A stretch of 64,000 bases of DNA from Balanoglossus misakiensis (GCA_040954595.2 CM082593.2:7786043-7850042); one strand, 5' to 3'. Counted from the stretch's first letter, positions 27,301 through 42,300 are shown. Made by a program: numbers and translations. Notes: generated by a model not told the origin, from the letters alone.

Positions 27301-30300
27301 CAGTAACTTTCCAATTCCAACAGCCATGGACATGAAAGGCAATCTCTTAAAGAATTAGTCTAACTTCGCCCACAATGTTGAGGCTATGAAGTTGCAACAT
27401 CTCTGGAATTGCAACGCTATGCTTTGTACTGGGAAAAGACTGCCTGAGAGTAAACAAACACCTCGACTTGACTGAAGATGGCAGAAAGAATGTCAAATAA
27501 AGTTTAGATGTGCCACAGATACATTTCAAGCCAACTGGAAACGTGATCAATGAACAGTATGTATTCAATACCAGCAATCTTGAATCCCAGAAAGATGACT
27601 TTACCAGAGAATAGAACTATAATTGGTACAAAAAATAATGCTGCACGAGCCAGAGTGCTAAGAGAATTTGAACCAGCCATAGAAATGTGTGGTAGCAGTG
27701 AAGCCACACAAATGCAGATGGAAGAGCAAAACAAGGGACAGCCAACTACCGGTATATACACACATGACAGTACACAGGCTTAACAGAAAGAGAAAAAATA
27801 GTGTCAAGGACACTGTGGTCCCATTTGAGGATTACATCAGGTATACACCAGAATAATAATCACAGGTGACATTGGCAAGCAGATATGACCTAACTATACA
27901 TAAATATGGAAATGTAAAAAGAAATTAACTATAGGCCAATCAAGTGTCATGGCAATCTTAGAAGCAGTGCTAGAGAAATTGATCTTTGACTAAAAATTGT
28001 CTGTACAAACACATATGAGGTGGTTTCGTTAATCCAAAATCCTGCGTGTTTCTCACATTTCTGACCATAATTACAAAAAGATGATGAGGGATGTGTACAC
28101 CAGTATGCATTGACTTTAGCCACTAGCGATATGCAAATTGGGCTGAGCAAGGCTTACGTAACTTTGCAACATTTACACACAATAAAACCCATTACGAGAG
28201 ACAGCTATAAATGGGAAAAAGGAGAGCACAAAATTGTGTTTCAGAACTTATCAATGCTCCTCCATACATGTCATCAATTATCAAAGTGAAAAATTTAGAC
28301 AAGCTGTTGTAAAATTAACTCAAATAAGGAACACTGAAACAGTGAAGAAGAAACAATCACAAGAATGTCGTCTGTAGAAAACATTGCCCACAGTACCGGT
28401 ATTTACACTAATGAAAACAAGTTAGAAATTAAAGCTGCGAGCAGCATTGTCGGGCCCAAGCGCTGATCTTGAATTATATATGCACAGTATGAATGAGAAG
28501 AAACAGAATTTTTTATCGTATGTTTTATCTCATGACATAACAAGGATGTGTGTATTTTTGCTGCTGAAATAGGGTGAAGTAGGTCAAAGGTCACCTGAGG
28601 TCACCCAACATTTGGGCAATTTTTTTTTACCCATACTGGTCCATGTCCAACAAAAAACAAAATTCTAGCTCTATTGGTTCGCCTGTAATTAGGTATGTGC
28701 ATATTTAATGAGGTCAGCAGGTGTCACAGGTGACTCAAAAATGTGGCTTTACATTTTGGTCCCATCCTACCAAATGCCATGGCTGTATCTGCTCTGGATG
28801 CTGAGATATGCGAAAGTAGGTCAAAGGTCACCAGAGGTCACGCAACATTTGGGCAAAAAATTTTGATCCCATACTGGTCTGTGTCCAACAAAAACCAAAC
28901 CTCTAGCTCTATTGGTTCGCCTGTAATTAGCTATGCACATAATTAATGAGGTCAGCAGAGGTCAAAGGGGTCATGAAAAGAAGCAAAATATTTTGATCAC
29001 ACACTAATCCACATTCATCTAAAACCAAACGTCTAGCCCTATAGGTTAGCCTGGAATTAGATATGCAGAAATAATAACGCGTGATAAGTAGGTCAAAGGT
29101 CATGTGAAAAATCGCCAAAAAATTGTAACATATTTTAGTCACATGACGATTGATATCCATAAAAAGAATTTGTATGCTATCAATTTTTAGACTAGAAAAA
29201 GGAATTTCAATTTTTCACTGCTTTTTACAAAATCCAATATGGCCGCCATAATCTTCGACCAATCACAATGCTCTTTGCAAACTTGATAGACATCAGTGTA
29301 GTGACCATACTCCCCGAATCTTGCGACTCAGTCATCGCCCGTTCTGGAGAAGAAGATTTTTGGAGTTTAACTATGGTTTTTCTAAAATCCAATATGGCCG
29401 CCATAATCTTCGACCAATCACAATGATCTTCGCAAACTTGATAGACATCAGTTAGGTGACCACATACCCCAAACCCCGTGTCTCGGTTATCACTGGTTCT
29501 GGAGAAGAAGATTTTTGAAATTTAAGCCAGATTTCAGAAAAAAATTTGTAGCAAAAAAACTGCAACATTGACAGCAAAATTTCCAATTACAGAAATGATG
29601 GGTAGAAGGTAGTCTACCTGCATGCCAAATTTGAAGTTGATCTGACTTGTAGTTTGTGAGATCTGAGATTTGCATTTTTTCAGAAAATCCAAGATGGCCG
29701 CCAGGTCATGTGACTAATTAAAAATTCAAGGGTTCAATGCACGACTACTCATTGACCTTGACCACTGTAGCAAGTTTCAGAAGTGTACCTGCAGCGGTGT
29801 CTGAGATCTAGAGCGACAAAGAATTGACACAAGAATAAAGAAAGAATTAAAGCTGCAAGCAGCATTGTCCGGGCCCAAGCTCTATTATCTGATCTGATAT
29901 TAGATATGCACATAATTAATGAGTAGAAACATAATGCTGTTTTATCCCATGAAATATCAAGGTTATATCTATGTTTGGTGCTGTTAAAATGTTAAGTAGG
30001 TCAAAGGTCACCCAGAGGTCACCCAACATTTGGGCAGAAAATTTTGACCCATAGTGGTCCATGTCCAACAAAAACCAGACCTCTAGCCCTTTTGGTTAGC
30101 CTAGAATTAGGTATGCACATCATTAATGAGTCAAGCAGGTGTCACAGGTGACCCAAAACTTTGGCTTTTCATTATGGCCCCATACCTCCAAACGCAAAGG
30201 CTGTATCTGCTGTGGATGTCGAGATATGCAAAAGTAGGTCAAAGGTCACCCGAGGTCACCCAACATTTGGGCAAAATATTTTGACCCCATACTGGTCCAT

Positions 30301-33300
30301 GTATAACAAAAACAAAACTTCTAGGTCTATTGGTTCATCTGTAATTAGGTATGTGCATATTTAATGAGGTCAGGAGAGGTCAAAGGGGTCATGAAAAGTA
30401 GCAAAATTTTTGGATCACATACAAATCCACATACATCAAAAACCAAACTTATAGCCCTATTGGTTAGCCTGGAATTAGATATGCAGAAAAATCATGCGTC
30501 AAAAGTAGGTCAAAGGTCATTGCCAAAATTACCAAAATATTTATAGATTATTCTTGGCATATGATGATTCATATCCGTAAAAAGAATTTCTGTGCTATCA
30601 ATTTTTAGGCTAGAAAGGGAATTTTTACTTTTTAATCGTTTTTCACAAAATCCAATATGGCCGCCATAATCTTCGACCAATCACATTCACCTTCGCAAAC
30701 TTGATAGACATCTGTTCAATGACCACACACACCAAATCTTGTGACTCAGTTATCGCCTGTTCTTGAGAAGAAGATTTTTGAAATTTTACTAGGGTTTTTC
30801 GAAAATCCAATATGGCCGCCATAATCTTCGACCAATCACAATGATCTTCGCAAACTTGATAGACCTCAGCTTGGTGACCACATATCCCAAACCGCGTATC
30901 TCGGTTATTGCCGGTTCTGGAGAAGAAGATTTTTGAAATTTTGACCAGATTTCAGAAAAACAACTGTAGCCAAAAAACTGCAACATTGACAGCAAAATAT
31001 CCAATTACAAAAATGATGGGCAGAAGGTACACTACCAACACACCAAATCTGAAGTAAATCTGACTTGTAGTTTCTGAGATCTGAGATTTGCATTTTTTCA
31101 GAAAATCCAATATGGCCGCCATGTCACGTGACTAATTAAAAATTCAAGAGTTCAATGCACAACTACCCATTGACCTTGACCACTGTAGCAAGTTTGAGAA
31201 GTGTACCTGCGGCGGTGTCTGAGATCTAGAGCGACAAAGAAATGACAGAAGAATAAAGAAAGAAAGAAAGACAGATTAAAGCTGCGAGCAGCATTGTCGG
31301 GCCCAAGCGCTGATCTTGAATTATATATGCACAGTATGAATGAGAAGAAACAGAATTTTCTATCGGATGTATTATCTCATGACATAACAAGGATGTGTGT
31401 ATTTTTGCCGCTGAAATAGGGTGAAGTAGGTCAAAGGTCACCTGAAGTCACCCGACATTTGGGCAATTTTTTTGACCCATACTGGTCCATGTCCAACAAA
31501 AACCAAAACTCTAGCTCTATTGGTTCGCCTGTAATTAGGTATGTGCATATTTAATGAGGTCAGCAGGTGTCACAGGTGACCCAAAAATGTGGCTTTAGAT
31601 TTTGGTCCCATCCTACCAAATGCCATGGTTGTATCTGCTCTGGATGCTGAGATATGCGAAAGTAGGTCAAAGGTCACCAGAGGTCACCCAACATTTAGCA
31701 AAAAAATTTGATCCTATACTGGTCCATGTCCAACAAAAACCAAACCCCTAGCTCTATTGGTTCGCCTGTAATTAGCTATGCGCATAATTAATGAGGTCAG
31801 CAGAGGTCAAAGGGGTCATGAAAAGTAGCAAAATATTTTGATCACACACTAATCCACATTCATCAAAAACCAAACGTCTAGCCCTATAGGTTAGCCTGGA
31901 GTTAGATATGCAGAAATAATAACGCGTGATAAGTAGGTCAAAGGTCATGTGAAAAATCGCCAAAAAATTGTAACATATTTTAGTCACATGACGATTGATA
32001 TCCATAAAAAGAATTTGTATGCTATCAATTTTTGGACTAGAAAAAGGAATTTCAATTTTTCACTGCTTTTTACAAAATCCAATATGGCCGCCATAATCTT
32101 CGACCAATCACAATGCTCTTTGCAAACTTGATAGACATCAGTGTAGTGACCATACTCCCCGAATCTTGCGACTTAGTCATCGTCGGTTCTGGAGAAGAAG
32201 ATTTTTGGAGTTTAACTATGGTTTTTCGAAAATCCAATATGGCCGCCATAATCTTCGACCAATCACAATGATCTTCGCAAACTTGATAGACATCAGTTAG
32301 GTGACCACATACCCCAAACCCCGTGTCTTGGTTATCACTGGTTCTGGAGAAGAAGATTTTTGAAATTTAAGCCAGATTTCTGAAAAAAAATTGTAGCAAA
32401 AAAACTGCAACATTGACAGCAAAATTTCCAATTACAAAAATGATGGGTAGAAGGTAGTCTACCTGCATGCCAAATTTGAAGTCGATCTGACTTGTAGTTT
32501 CTGAGATCTGAGATTTGATTTTTTTCAGAAAATCCAATATGGCCGCCAGGTCATGTGACTAATTAATTATTCACAAGTCACTGCACATCTACTCATTGAC
32601 CTTGACCACTGTAGCAAGTTTGAGAAGTGTACCTGCAGTAGTTTCAGAGATCTCGTTGGCCGAAGAATTGACACAAGAATAAAGAAAGAATTAAAGCTGC
32701 AAGCAGCATTGTCCGGGCCCAAGCTCTATTATCTGATCAGATTATTAGATATGCACATAATTAATGAGTAGAAACATAATGCTGTGTTTTATCCCATGAA
32801 ATATCAAGGTTATATCTATGCTTGGTGTTGATATAGTGTTAAGTAGGTCAAAGGTCACCCAGAGGTCACCCACAATTTGGGCAGAAAATTGTGACCCATA
32901 GTGGTCCATGTCCAACAAAAACCAGACCTCTAGCCCTTTTGGTTAGCCCGGAATTAGGTATGCACATAAATAATGAGTTAAGCAGGTGTCAAAGGTGACC
33001 CAAAACTTTGGCTTTTCATTATGGCCCCATACCTCCAAACGCCAAGGTTGTATCTGCTGTGGATGTCGAGATATGCAAAAGTAGGTCAAAGGTCACCCGA
33101 GGTCACCCAACATTTGGGCAAAATATTTTGACCCCATACTGGTCCATGTATAACAAAAACAAAACCTCTAGGTGTATTGGTTCATCATTAATTAGGTATG
33201 CGCATATTTAATGAGGTCACCAGAGGTCAAAGGGGTAATGAAAAGTAGCAACATTTTTTGATCACATACAAATCCACATACATCAAAAACCAAACTTATA

Positions 33301-36300
33301 GCCCTATTGGTAAGCCTGGAATTAGATATGCAGAAAAATGATGCGTCAAAAGTAGGTCAAAGGTCATTGCCAAAATTACCAAAATATTTATAGCTTATTC
33401 TTGTCATATGATGATTCATATCCATAAAAAGAATTTCTGTGCTATCAATTTTTAGGCTAGAAAAGGAATTTTTACTTTTTAATCGTTTTTCACAAAATCC
33501 AATATGGCCGCCATAATCTTCGACCAATCACATTCCCCTTCGCAAACTTGATAGACACCTGTTTAATGACCACACACACCAAATCTTGTGACTCGGTTAT
33601 CGCCCGTTCTTGAGAAGAAGATTTTTGAAGTTTTACTATGGTTTTTCGAAAATCCAATATGGCCGCCATAATCTTCGACCAATCACAATGATCTTCGCAA
33701 ACTTGATAGACATCAGTTAGGTGACCACATACCCCAAACCGCGTGACTCAGTTATCACCGGTTCTGGAGAAGAAGATTTTTGAAATTTAAGCCAGATTTC
33801 AGAAAAAAAATTGTAGCAAAAAAACTGCAACATTTACAGCAAAATATCCAATTACAAAAATGATGGGTAGAAAGTAGACTACCTGCACACCAAATTTGAA
33901 GTCGATCTGACTTGTAGTTTCGGAGATCTGAGATTTGCATTTTTTCAGAAAATCCAATATGGCCGCCAGGTCACGTGACTAATTAAAAATTCACAGGTTC
34001 AATGCACGACTACTCATTGACCTTGACCACTGTAGCAAGTTTCAGAAGTGTACCTGCAGCGGTGTCTGAGATCTAGAGCGACAAAGAATTGACACAAGAA
34101 TAAAGAAAGAATTAAAGCTGCAAGCAGCATTGTCCGGGCCCAAGCTCTATTATCTGATCTGATGCTGATATAGTGTTAAGTAGGTCAAAGGTCACCCGAG
34201 GTCACCCAACATTTGGGCAAAATATTTTGACCCCATACTGGTCCATGTATAACAAAAACAAAACCTCTAGGTCTATTGGTTCATCTGTAATTAGGTATGT
34301 GCATATTTAATGAGGTCAGCAGAGGTCAAAGGGGTCATGAAAAGTAGCAAAATTTTTTGATCACATACAAATCCACATACATCAAAAACCAAAATGATAG
34401 CCTTAAAGGTTAGCCTGGAATTAGATATGCAGAAAAATGATGCGTCAAAAGTAGGTCAAAGGTCATTGCCAAAATTACCAAAATATGTATAGCTTATTCT
34501 TGTTATATGATGATTCATATCCATAAAAAGAATTTCTGTGCTATCAATTTATAGGCTAGAAAGGGACTTTTTACTTTTTAATCGTTTTTCACAAAATCCA
34601 ATATGGCCGCCATAATCTTCGACCAATCACATTCCTCTTCGCAAACTTGATAGACATCTGTTTATTGACCACACACACTAAATCTTGTGACTCAGTTATC
34701 GCCGGTTCTTGAGTAGAAGATTTTTGAAATTTTACTAGGGTTTTTCGAAAATCCAATATGGCCGCCATAATCTTCGACCAATCACAATGATCTTCGCAAA
34801 CTTGATAGACCTCAGTTTGGTGACCACATACCCCAAACCGCGTGACTCGGTTATCGTCGGTTCTGGAGAAGAAGATTTTTGAAATTTTGACCAGATTTCA
34901 GAAAAACAACTGTAGCAAAAAAACTGCAACATTGACAGCAAAATATCCAATTACAAAAATGATGGGCAGAAGGTACACTACCCGCACACCAAATCTGAAG
35001 TAAATCTGACTTGTAGTTTCTGAGATCTGAGATTTGCATTTTTTCAGAAAATCCAATATGGCCGCCATGTCACGTGACTAATTAAAAATTCAAGAGTTCA
35101 ATGCACGACTACCCATTGACCTTGACCACTGTAGCAAGTTTTAGAAGTGTACCTGCAGCGGTGTCTGAGATCTAGAGCGACAAAGAAATGACACAAGAAA
35201 AAAGAAAGAAAGACAGAAAAACCCCAACGAAACCAATAGGGCCCAAGCGCTGGTATGCGCTTGGGCCCTAAAGAAGAAAGAAAAACCCCAACGAAACCAA
35301 TAGGGCCCAAGCGCTGGTATGCGCTTGGGCCCTAAAGAAAAATTCCAACGAAACCAATAGGGCCCAAGCGCTTGCTTGCGCTTGGGCCCTAAAGAAGAAA
35401 GAAGGAAAGACAGAAAAACCCCAACGAAACCAATAGGGCCCAAGCGCTTGCTTGCGCTTGGGCCCTAAAAAGGAACAGAGATTGCTTATAAGCAACCACT
35501 AGACTAATCCAATGACAGAAGATGTATGCACACTCATACCGGTACATGTATATGTACAGTTCTTGTACCACATCATTTCTTCAACATCTCTGAAGTGGAT
35601 AAAAAACTCACCTTGTAATCCATCAAAACAGCCTCCAGCGACTCTGGGAAGTTGAATAATGAACACTACATGAGCAGTCTGCCATTCTTCTTTCAATGTT
35701 TGCTTTACAGCCTGTGATCTCTCATCTTGGACAATGTACCTGGAGCATGCGATCAGGTTGGTGTTCTCATTGCCAGAGTCACACTGAACTAACAGAAGCT
35801 TCTCGACCTGAGCAGGGTTGGATACATGGAAAAATTCTCTACAGGAAAAGATACATAAAGGTATTTATTGCATATGTACTGCAGATTATTACTTTGGTAT
35901 TGCCTATCATTACTGTGATAATGAACAAAAAATAGTCCCTTGGTATATGAACTATTGACAAGCAAACATATTACACTTGCTCAAGGTGACAGGGTTCACG
36001 TACTGTATCCTGTCTTTTTGAATAGTTTTTCATTTAAGATCTTCCAACCATGATATTACTTGTATTACTAATAACAACATATTGAAATGTGCTCATTATA
36101 AGTGCACATAAACCTGAACACTTGGCGGTTCCCAATTTCAAAAACTATACATTTACAGTATCGCCACTGTTCGATGGCAAATAAAGACAGAGGGCTGCAG
36201 CTTTATGATCCTGCCAAGCAATGGCTATTTACCTGACTTTCCTGGTGAACTGTTGTTCGGTTTGGAACTCCTGCAAGGACACGCTGTTCTTCAACAGGAC

Positions 36301-39300
36301 TCTTGGTGCAAACCCCAGACAGGCAGCCAAATCCTGCACATCATTTCTAGAGAGTAGTCTTGAGTGAGTTGTCACCTAAAAGTACAGAGGACAAAATGAA
36401 TGCAACCATAGGATAGGATAGGTACAGGTATCGTGTTACATGTGGAGTTGTAAGACTGGCTGCAATGCATGTGTGTACATCGCACTGTATTTTTACTTGA
36501 TGGTGTCTTTACTGTGTATATACCGGTATGCTACAGCTCTTTGCCATCTTTGCTAACACACACCTGTGTAACAGGTTAATTTTGACAGGTAGGGCCTCTG
36601 TGGGGCATAATTAAGTAGAATGCTCCTTGAAGATCAAAGTGTTAAACTTTTTTCTCAATAATAAAAGGAAAAATTCAAAATGGCTTTACATTAATTCTGC
36701 AAACAAAGAAAACAAACAAACAAACAAACAAACAAAAAATACTTAAAACTGCATTAGTTGTTTTTAGATTACACTTACCTGAGCAAGAATACCACTCATC
36801 TGTGCCTTCTGCTTGGCCAGGTTGATTTGATGTTCAAGATACCCAGCTAAAGAATCATGCTTCTGTTCAGCATTGTACTTTTGCCACAGTCTCTCAGCTT
36901 CATTGCCAAGACCAATTTGTGAAAGACGAGACACAGCATCAGGTGTGGCACATTGCAGCAACAGATCCTGCGATTGTTCGGACACCTACCGGAAAACAAA
37001 GAATCAAAAAGTATCTCACTTTGATGGACGGCGGTGGCTGTGGTGTGTAGAAAATGTGGAGCGACTAAAAATGCAGACTTTCTATTGTTTCCATTTTTTT
37101 TAGAAAATCTCCTTCCCTGCAAGTCTTCAAAGAAATGGTGTGACTTATGATACAGCCCCTGCAACTTATAAAAATGACTTTCATGGTATGTACCCTTAAC
37201 CCTTGATAGCACTTCTGATCAGTGAAGAATTGGGCCTACCTTCTGATGCCAATTCTCGTCTCCTTCATGTTGGTTCATCTCAGAACAAACTTGCAGAACA
37301 ATAGATGCTATTGTGTCCTTGTTGAAACCAATGAAAGCATCTTCTACCTTAAATTTTTTCAACAGTCTGTTAAAGTTACAATATGTAAAATTGGAATAAT
37401 TGTTCTATGACCAATGTGATGCAACTTTTGGGATCCCGGATGACTATTATAAAATTTATTAAGCAAACTGTAACATTATCCCATACAGATGAACCTGTAC
37501 TGAAGTGTATATAAGTATTATTAACCCCTGCAAATGGAAGTTCATAAGCTAATTTGGTTTTCCTGACTGAGGCGGGGGTTATTGCTATTATATTATATCA
37601 ACAATTGCTTTTGTGGCATATCAGTGTCATTTTCTTACCGAAACGGCGTCAGAAAGAGAAATTACATTCGTGAACCAACATGGCAACGATGTATGTAAAC
37701 ACGAGCGGCCGGGATCGAACATTAAACATGAAGCAGACGACAAAAAGTGACAAGACGGGCATCGCGCGTGGCAAAGTGACAAATATTTCCTCAGAGCAGT
37801 TCTAAAATAAAACGTCCGTTAATTCAACAGTATTTTTATTTTATTTATTTGGTTTAAATACACGCGACTGTGGTTTAACCGCACATTTGTGCTGCCGTAT
37901 GCTAGTTGGATTGAGCTCTCGTACAATCAGAATTGCGGACGGCAGCATGATATAATATAATTTTTCTTTTACAATTGCGGGAAATTTCAAATGTACTTAT
38001 ATTTCTCTATTTTGTTTTGCCATTTTGTCGCAAATAAGTGTTGACTTGATATAGTATAGTATCAGGGAGGCAATATCATTTCATAGAAACAATTAAAAGC
38101 ATTTCTCAGATTACAGAAGATATGTAAAGCTTAAATTTTATCGAGTTGCAGCCCATGGGGCTTTAAATCAATCTGCATCTAGGGGCTAATGTCAAGTTTC
38201 AGCGGAAAATAAAGTGCAAACCAATCCTTGAAACAAATCCTTCAAAATGACTGACGTTTTATGAAGTTTTGTTCTCTCCAACAATAATCAGAAGGACTAG
38301 CATTGCAACATACCTTTGTCTCTGGTGTACAGTTGCAAATCTTTCTACCCACTTGGCTAATTCTTTAACAACTTTCAATTCATCTGGTGTCAACATGGTG
38401 GTCATGGCGAGGAAGTGCTTCTCCAGGCGATTGATGAGTGGTATGGGAAATCTCTCGTACACAACTTCCTTGTCCGCTACCACTATCAACCTATCATATG
38501 GAAATTCAAAGTTACTTCATTTTATTCAAAAGCAAAATGAGAAAATTTAAATTCTGTACGTTACAAGTGTCCACATGAATTTAAATTTTCTCATTTTGCT
38601 TTTGAATAAGTTTATCTTATGTTCATGAATCTGGTCCTCCAGCTAGGTCTTTTAATATATCTGTGTGTGAATGCCAAGTTGCAAAGCATAAGTAACAATA
38701 ACTGACCTGAAATCATTGTGCACTCTGCACTTGACTCTATGAGTTCCGAGTCCCAAGTCAATGTATCGCTGACCTCCAAAGTACACATAATACTGATTCA
38801 GTGCGTCGTACAAGCTCTCGTACAGATTTTCCAGATTTAGCAACACAACAGTACGCCCTGTTTCCATACACACTTTGATGCGATTGATGTTACGACACAC
38901 CTACATGCACAAAATGGAACAAAGACTCTACACGTCAACCAATTCCAACAGTGAATTTTCTAGAAAAAAGTGAGAAGTGCTATACACAATACCAAATATA
39001 CATGTATGCAACAGAAATCATGATTAGCATCTGAAAAATGTTGGTGTAAAAAGTTTTGGTGTAAAATTCCTATCAAACGCCTGGAGTGTGTATTTTGGGC
39101 AAATGGTTGGCATCCATACATTAAAAGCTTCTAGAGCTGCCACTTTTTCATTATTTTCATGATTTTATTTTCCAACATAGATTGGTTCATCTAAATAAGC
39201 TTACTGATAGGTATAGGGAATATATACATGTATAATGACACAAAATTACTTTGAGAATAATCATACTGTAACACTTTGGTTTGAGGTCTCTGAGATGTGA

Positions 39301-42300
39301 TATGGCATGCCACTTCATGTTGCAATTGTCAGCACTGTATGAAAGTAGTGTATAACAACAACCAAATTAAATTTGTCTGTTAAAATAATACAAACACCTC
39401 AATTTTTACATATGCCAATATATTGTTAAAATGACTTGTACAAGTCCATGGTAATCCTGCGTCAGACTTTGCGTAGGTGACTGCATGTGTATACCTATAG
39501 GTAAATGGTAATCTGATGGAAATTTAAGCAATGTCACCATGGAAACTGTCCTGATACATTACCAGAGATCATTAACATAATGTTGTTTGAGTTCATTAGC
39601 GTATTGTGTAACCTGTGCATGCATAATGAGAGTGTTCTGGAACATGTGTACGTGGATCATTGTTGTACTTGACATGACTAGTTTCAGTGATCTTGAATAA
39701 ATAGTTTTTGGAAAGAAAAGGACTAGACTCGGAATATTTTTGTGACAGAAACTTGAGATTCACAGATTTTCAGTGGATGGTCACATGAAAAAAGTGCTGA
39801 ACCACATGGTCATTAGAAATGCCCCTTTAGCTTTGACCGCATGTAAGTGTATTTTGATAGACCACTTAAATTCACTTTCTGAAGACAGTATTTAAGCTTT
39901 GGTGGACAGACGATTTTTAATGTTCTACTTGTGATCATAGAAACACAACCAAAACTACAACAATGTGCCTGTCACACTATTCACACAAACTGTTGGCTGT
40001 TATTAATTAAAGGTACATGTATATGGTCACCTATGGAAAATTAGCAATAGTTACCATGCCACCATATGTTCTTTAGAATGCTCAAATACGCCATTTCAGC
40101 CATATATGGGCATATGTAAATTGGAGGTGACTGTATACCTTTAACAGGCCACTTTCATGACCCCTATGTGACCGTTATATCCTGGTATTTTGTTGGTATG
40201 AGTTTTATCATTTTGAGTTTAAATTTTGAAACTGTCAACTATACTATTAGTCTATGTACTCTAACTCATCCTAAGACAAAAATTTTGAATTAGGTCTTTT
40301 ACAAAAGGGGTGAATGCTGTGTGTATATGATGAATGGCGTAATGGTATGTCATACCAACAAAACACCATTGATGTACATGTAGGGGTCATGAAAGTGGCT
40401 TTTTAGACGTGGCCATATACATTAATTTAAGGCCAGGCTCCACCCTCATTTTTGATGCATTTTAGTGGTACAATTTATACCACTATTTTGCTAAAACTTG
40501 TTCAATATTGATGAAATTTGGTCATGTGATGCATCATGAACTTCTCTGAAATTTGACTAAATGTCAAGGTCATTGACCTCTGTTGACCTCTTAAAATATG
40601 CAAATTAGTCCACAGTATGAGAAAAAGTTTACTTTTTTGTTATTCTTCTTATATAAGAGCTCTGTGTAGGTGTACAATGATTTAAATACCACAAATTCAG
40701 TACTTTGTGGTATATTTAACATATTTTATTCATATTTCTGTACAGAGTGATGAATATTATTTGTTAATTTTCTTCATCCTGGCTGGGTAATACACTGTTA
40801 CAAAAAGTGATTTTTGTTGAAATTGACTGCTATCTTGTCAAAGATTATGAACCAATTGTAAGTTTGATTTTTATATAACATTATATTATAGCTTTATCAA
40901 TACCAGTGAATTTTGTGACGTCATAGCTATACATTATTACTGATAATGTATCGTGTTATTCGATGGACGCGCGACGCACCCAAGAACCAGTGGACGTGTA
41001 CAATTTCCGACTGAATAACGGAAGTTTTCAGACAATGCGAACATTTAGAGGGCTAAAAAAGAAATGCAAACGTACACAGAATAAATACGGCGATATTTAT
41101 TAATTTCCAAATCTGTCCTCGACTGGCGTTTTGTTTATTTTTTCTTCCTACGGCTGCAGTACATGTCGTCTGCTCTTGAATCACGCGCAGTCAACATGGC
41201 TCGCTCACGCACGTAAAGCAAACCTCTCCATGATGCTGGATTTGACATTCGTTCACCATACATACCGTGTACCATGTACCAAGCAGTCATGTCAACGAAG
41301 CTATACGTAAAAAAAAATATGCCGCAAGTGTCATTTGTCATGTTGTCTACGCGGTACGGAGGGTCGATCGAGGGCGAGTTTGTTTATGTATTGCAACCTT
41401 CCGAGTGCCCGTATACGTGAACTTCCCTGAGAACGCGAACGAATTCAAATATTCCCCGAGTCCTCCCCAAGATTACACAAAAATCGAAACTTTTTCAGAT
41501 ATATTTCAGCAGAACCCTTAAATGAATTTTCACATGCGTTAATAAACCTTCATTATTTATTTCCTGATGTTTGAATATGATACTAGAAATGTACAGTACA
41601 CTGATACACCGCGATCAGGTGACCTTTTGTTTACGCGTACGCCATTGCTCTGTTCTCGATCTCCGTGTCCGAGTCTGAATTGTTCGCACCTATACTTTTT
41701 GAAGTCTTCAAATTCACTGGCATTGACAAAACTATAAAATAATGAGAATAATGAACGCCCCAAAGACCCATAATGGACTCAAGCACACATTGTGCTCCAT
41801 AATATACTCGGCTTTGCCTCGTATATTATGACGCACAATGTGTGCTTTCGTCCATTATGGGTCTTGTGGGCGTTCATTATTCTCTAAATAACATACATTA
41901 CCCAAATATTCAGAAAATGTGTGTTTTGGGGTTTCCATGAACTCATTTGCATAATTAGTCATGTGACAAATATGGCCGCCAACGCTAAATTGACTTTTAG
42001 AAAAAACGTGATATCTCAAGAACCATTCAACCTAGTGACCTGAAACTTTGCACACATTTACTTGCATGTATTTAGCATTAAATGAACTATTATCTTTGGT
42101 GTATATCTTTTTTTTCAAAAGTTAGAGCAAATAATTCAAAAAATTGAGTTTGCATCTTGCAACAATGTAACACAATCCATTGTATCTTAAACATTTTTCC
42201 ACTTTGCACAGTGATCTTAGTTCATTTGATAGAAAATCACATCATGAACAATCACTGAAAATTTCAAGAACATTGCTTTAAAATTACTTGAGATATTTTG

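Noticed and set aside
35215-35470. CRISPR-like array of palindromic repeats
   Set aside because: Spacers are GAAA microsatellite remnants, there are no cas genes, and the context is a eukaryotic intron. The repeats are transposon terminal hairpins.
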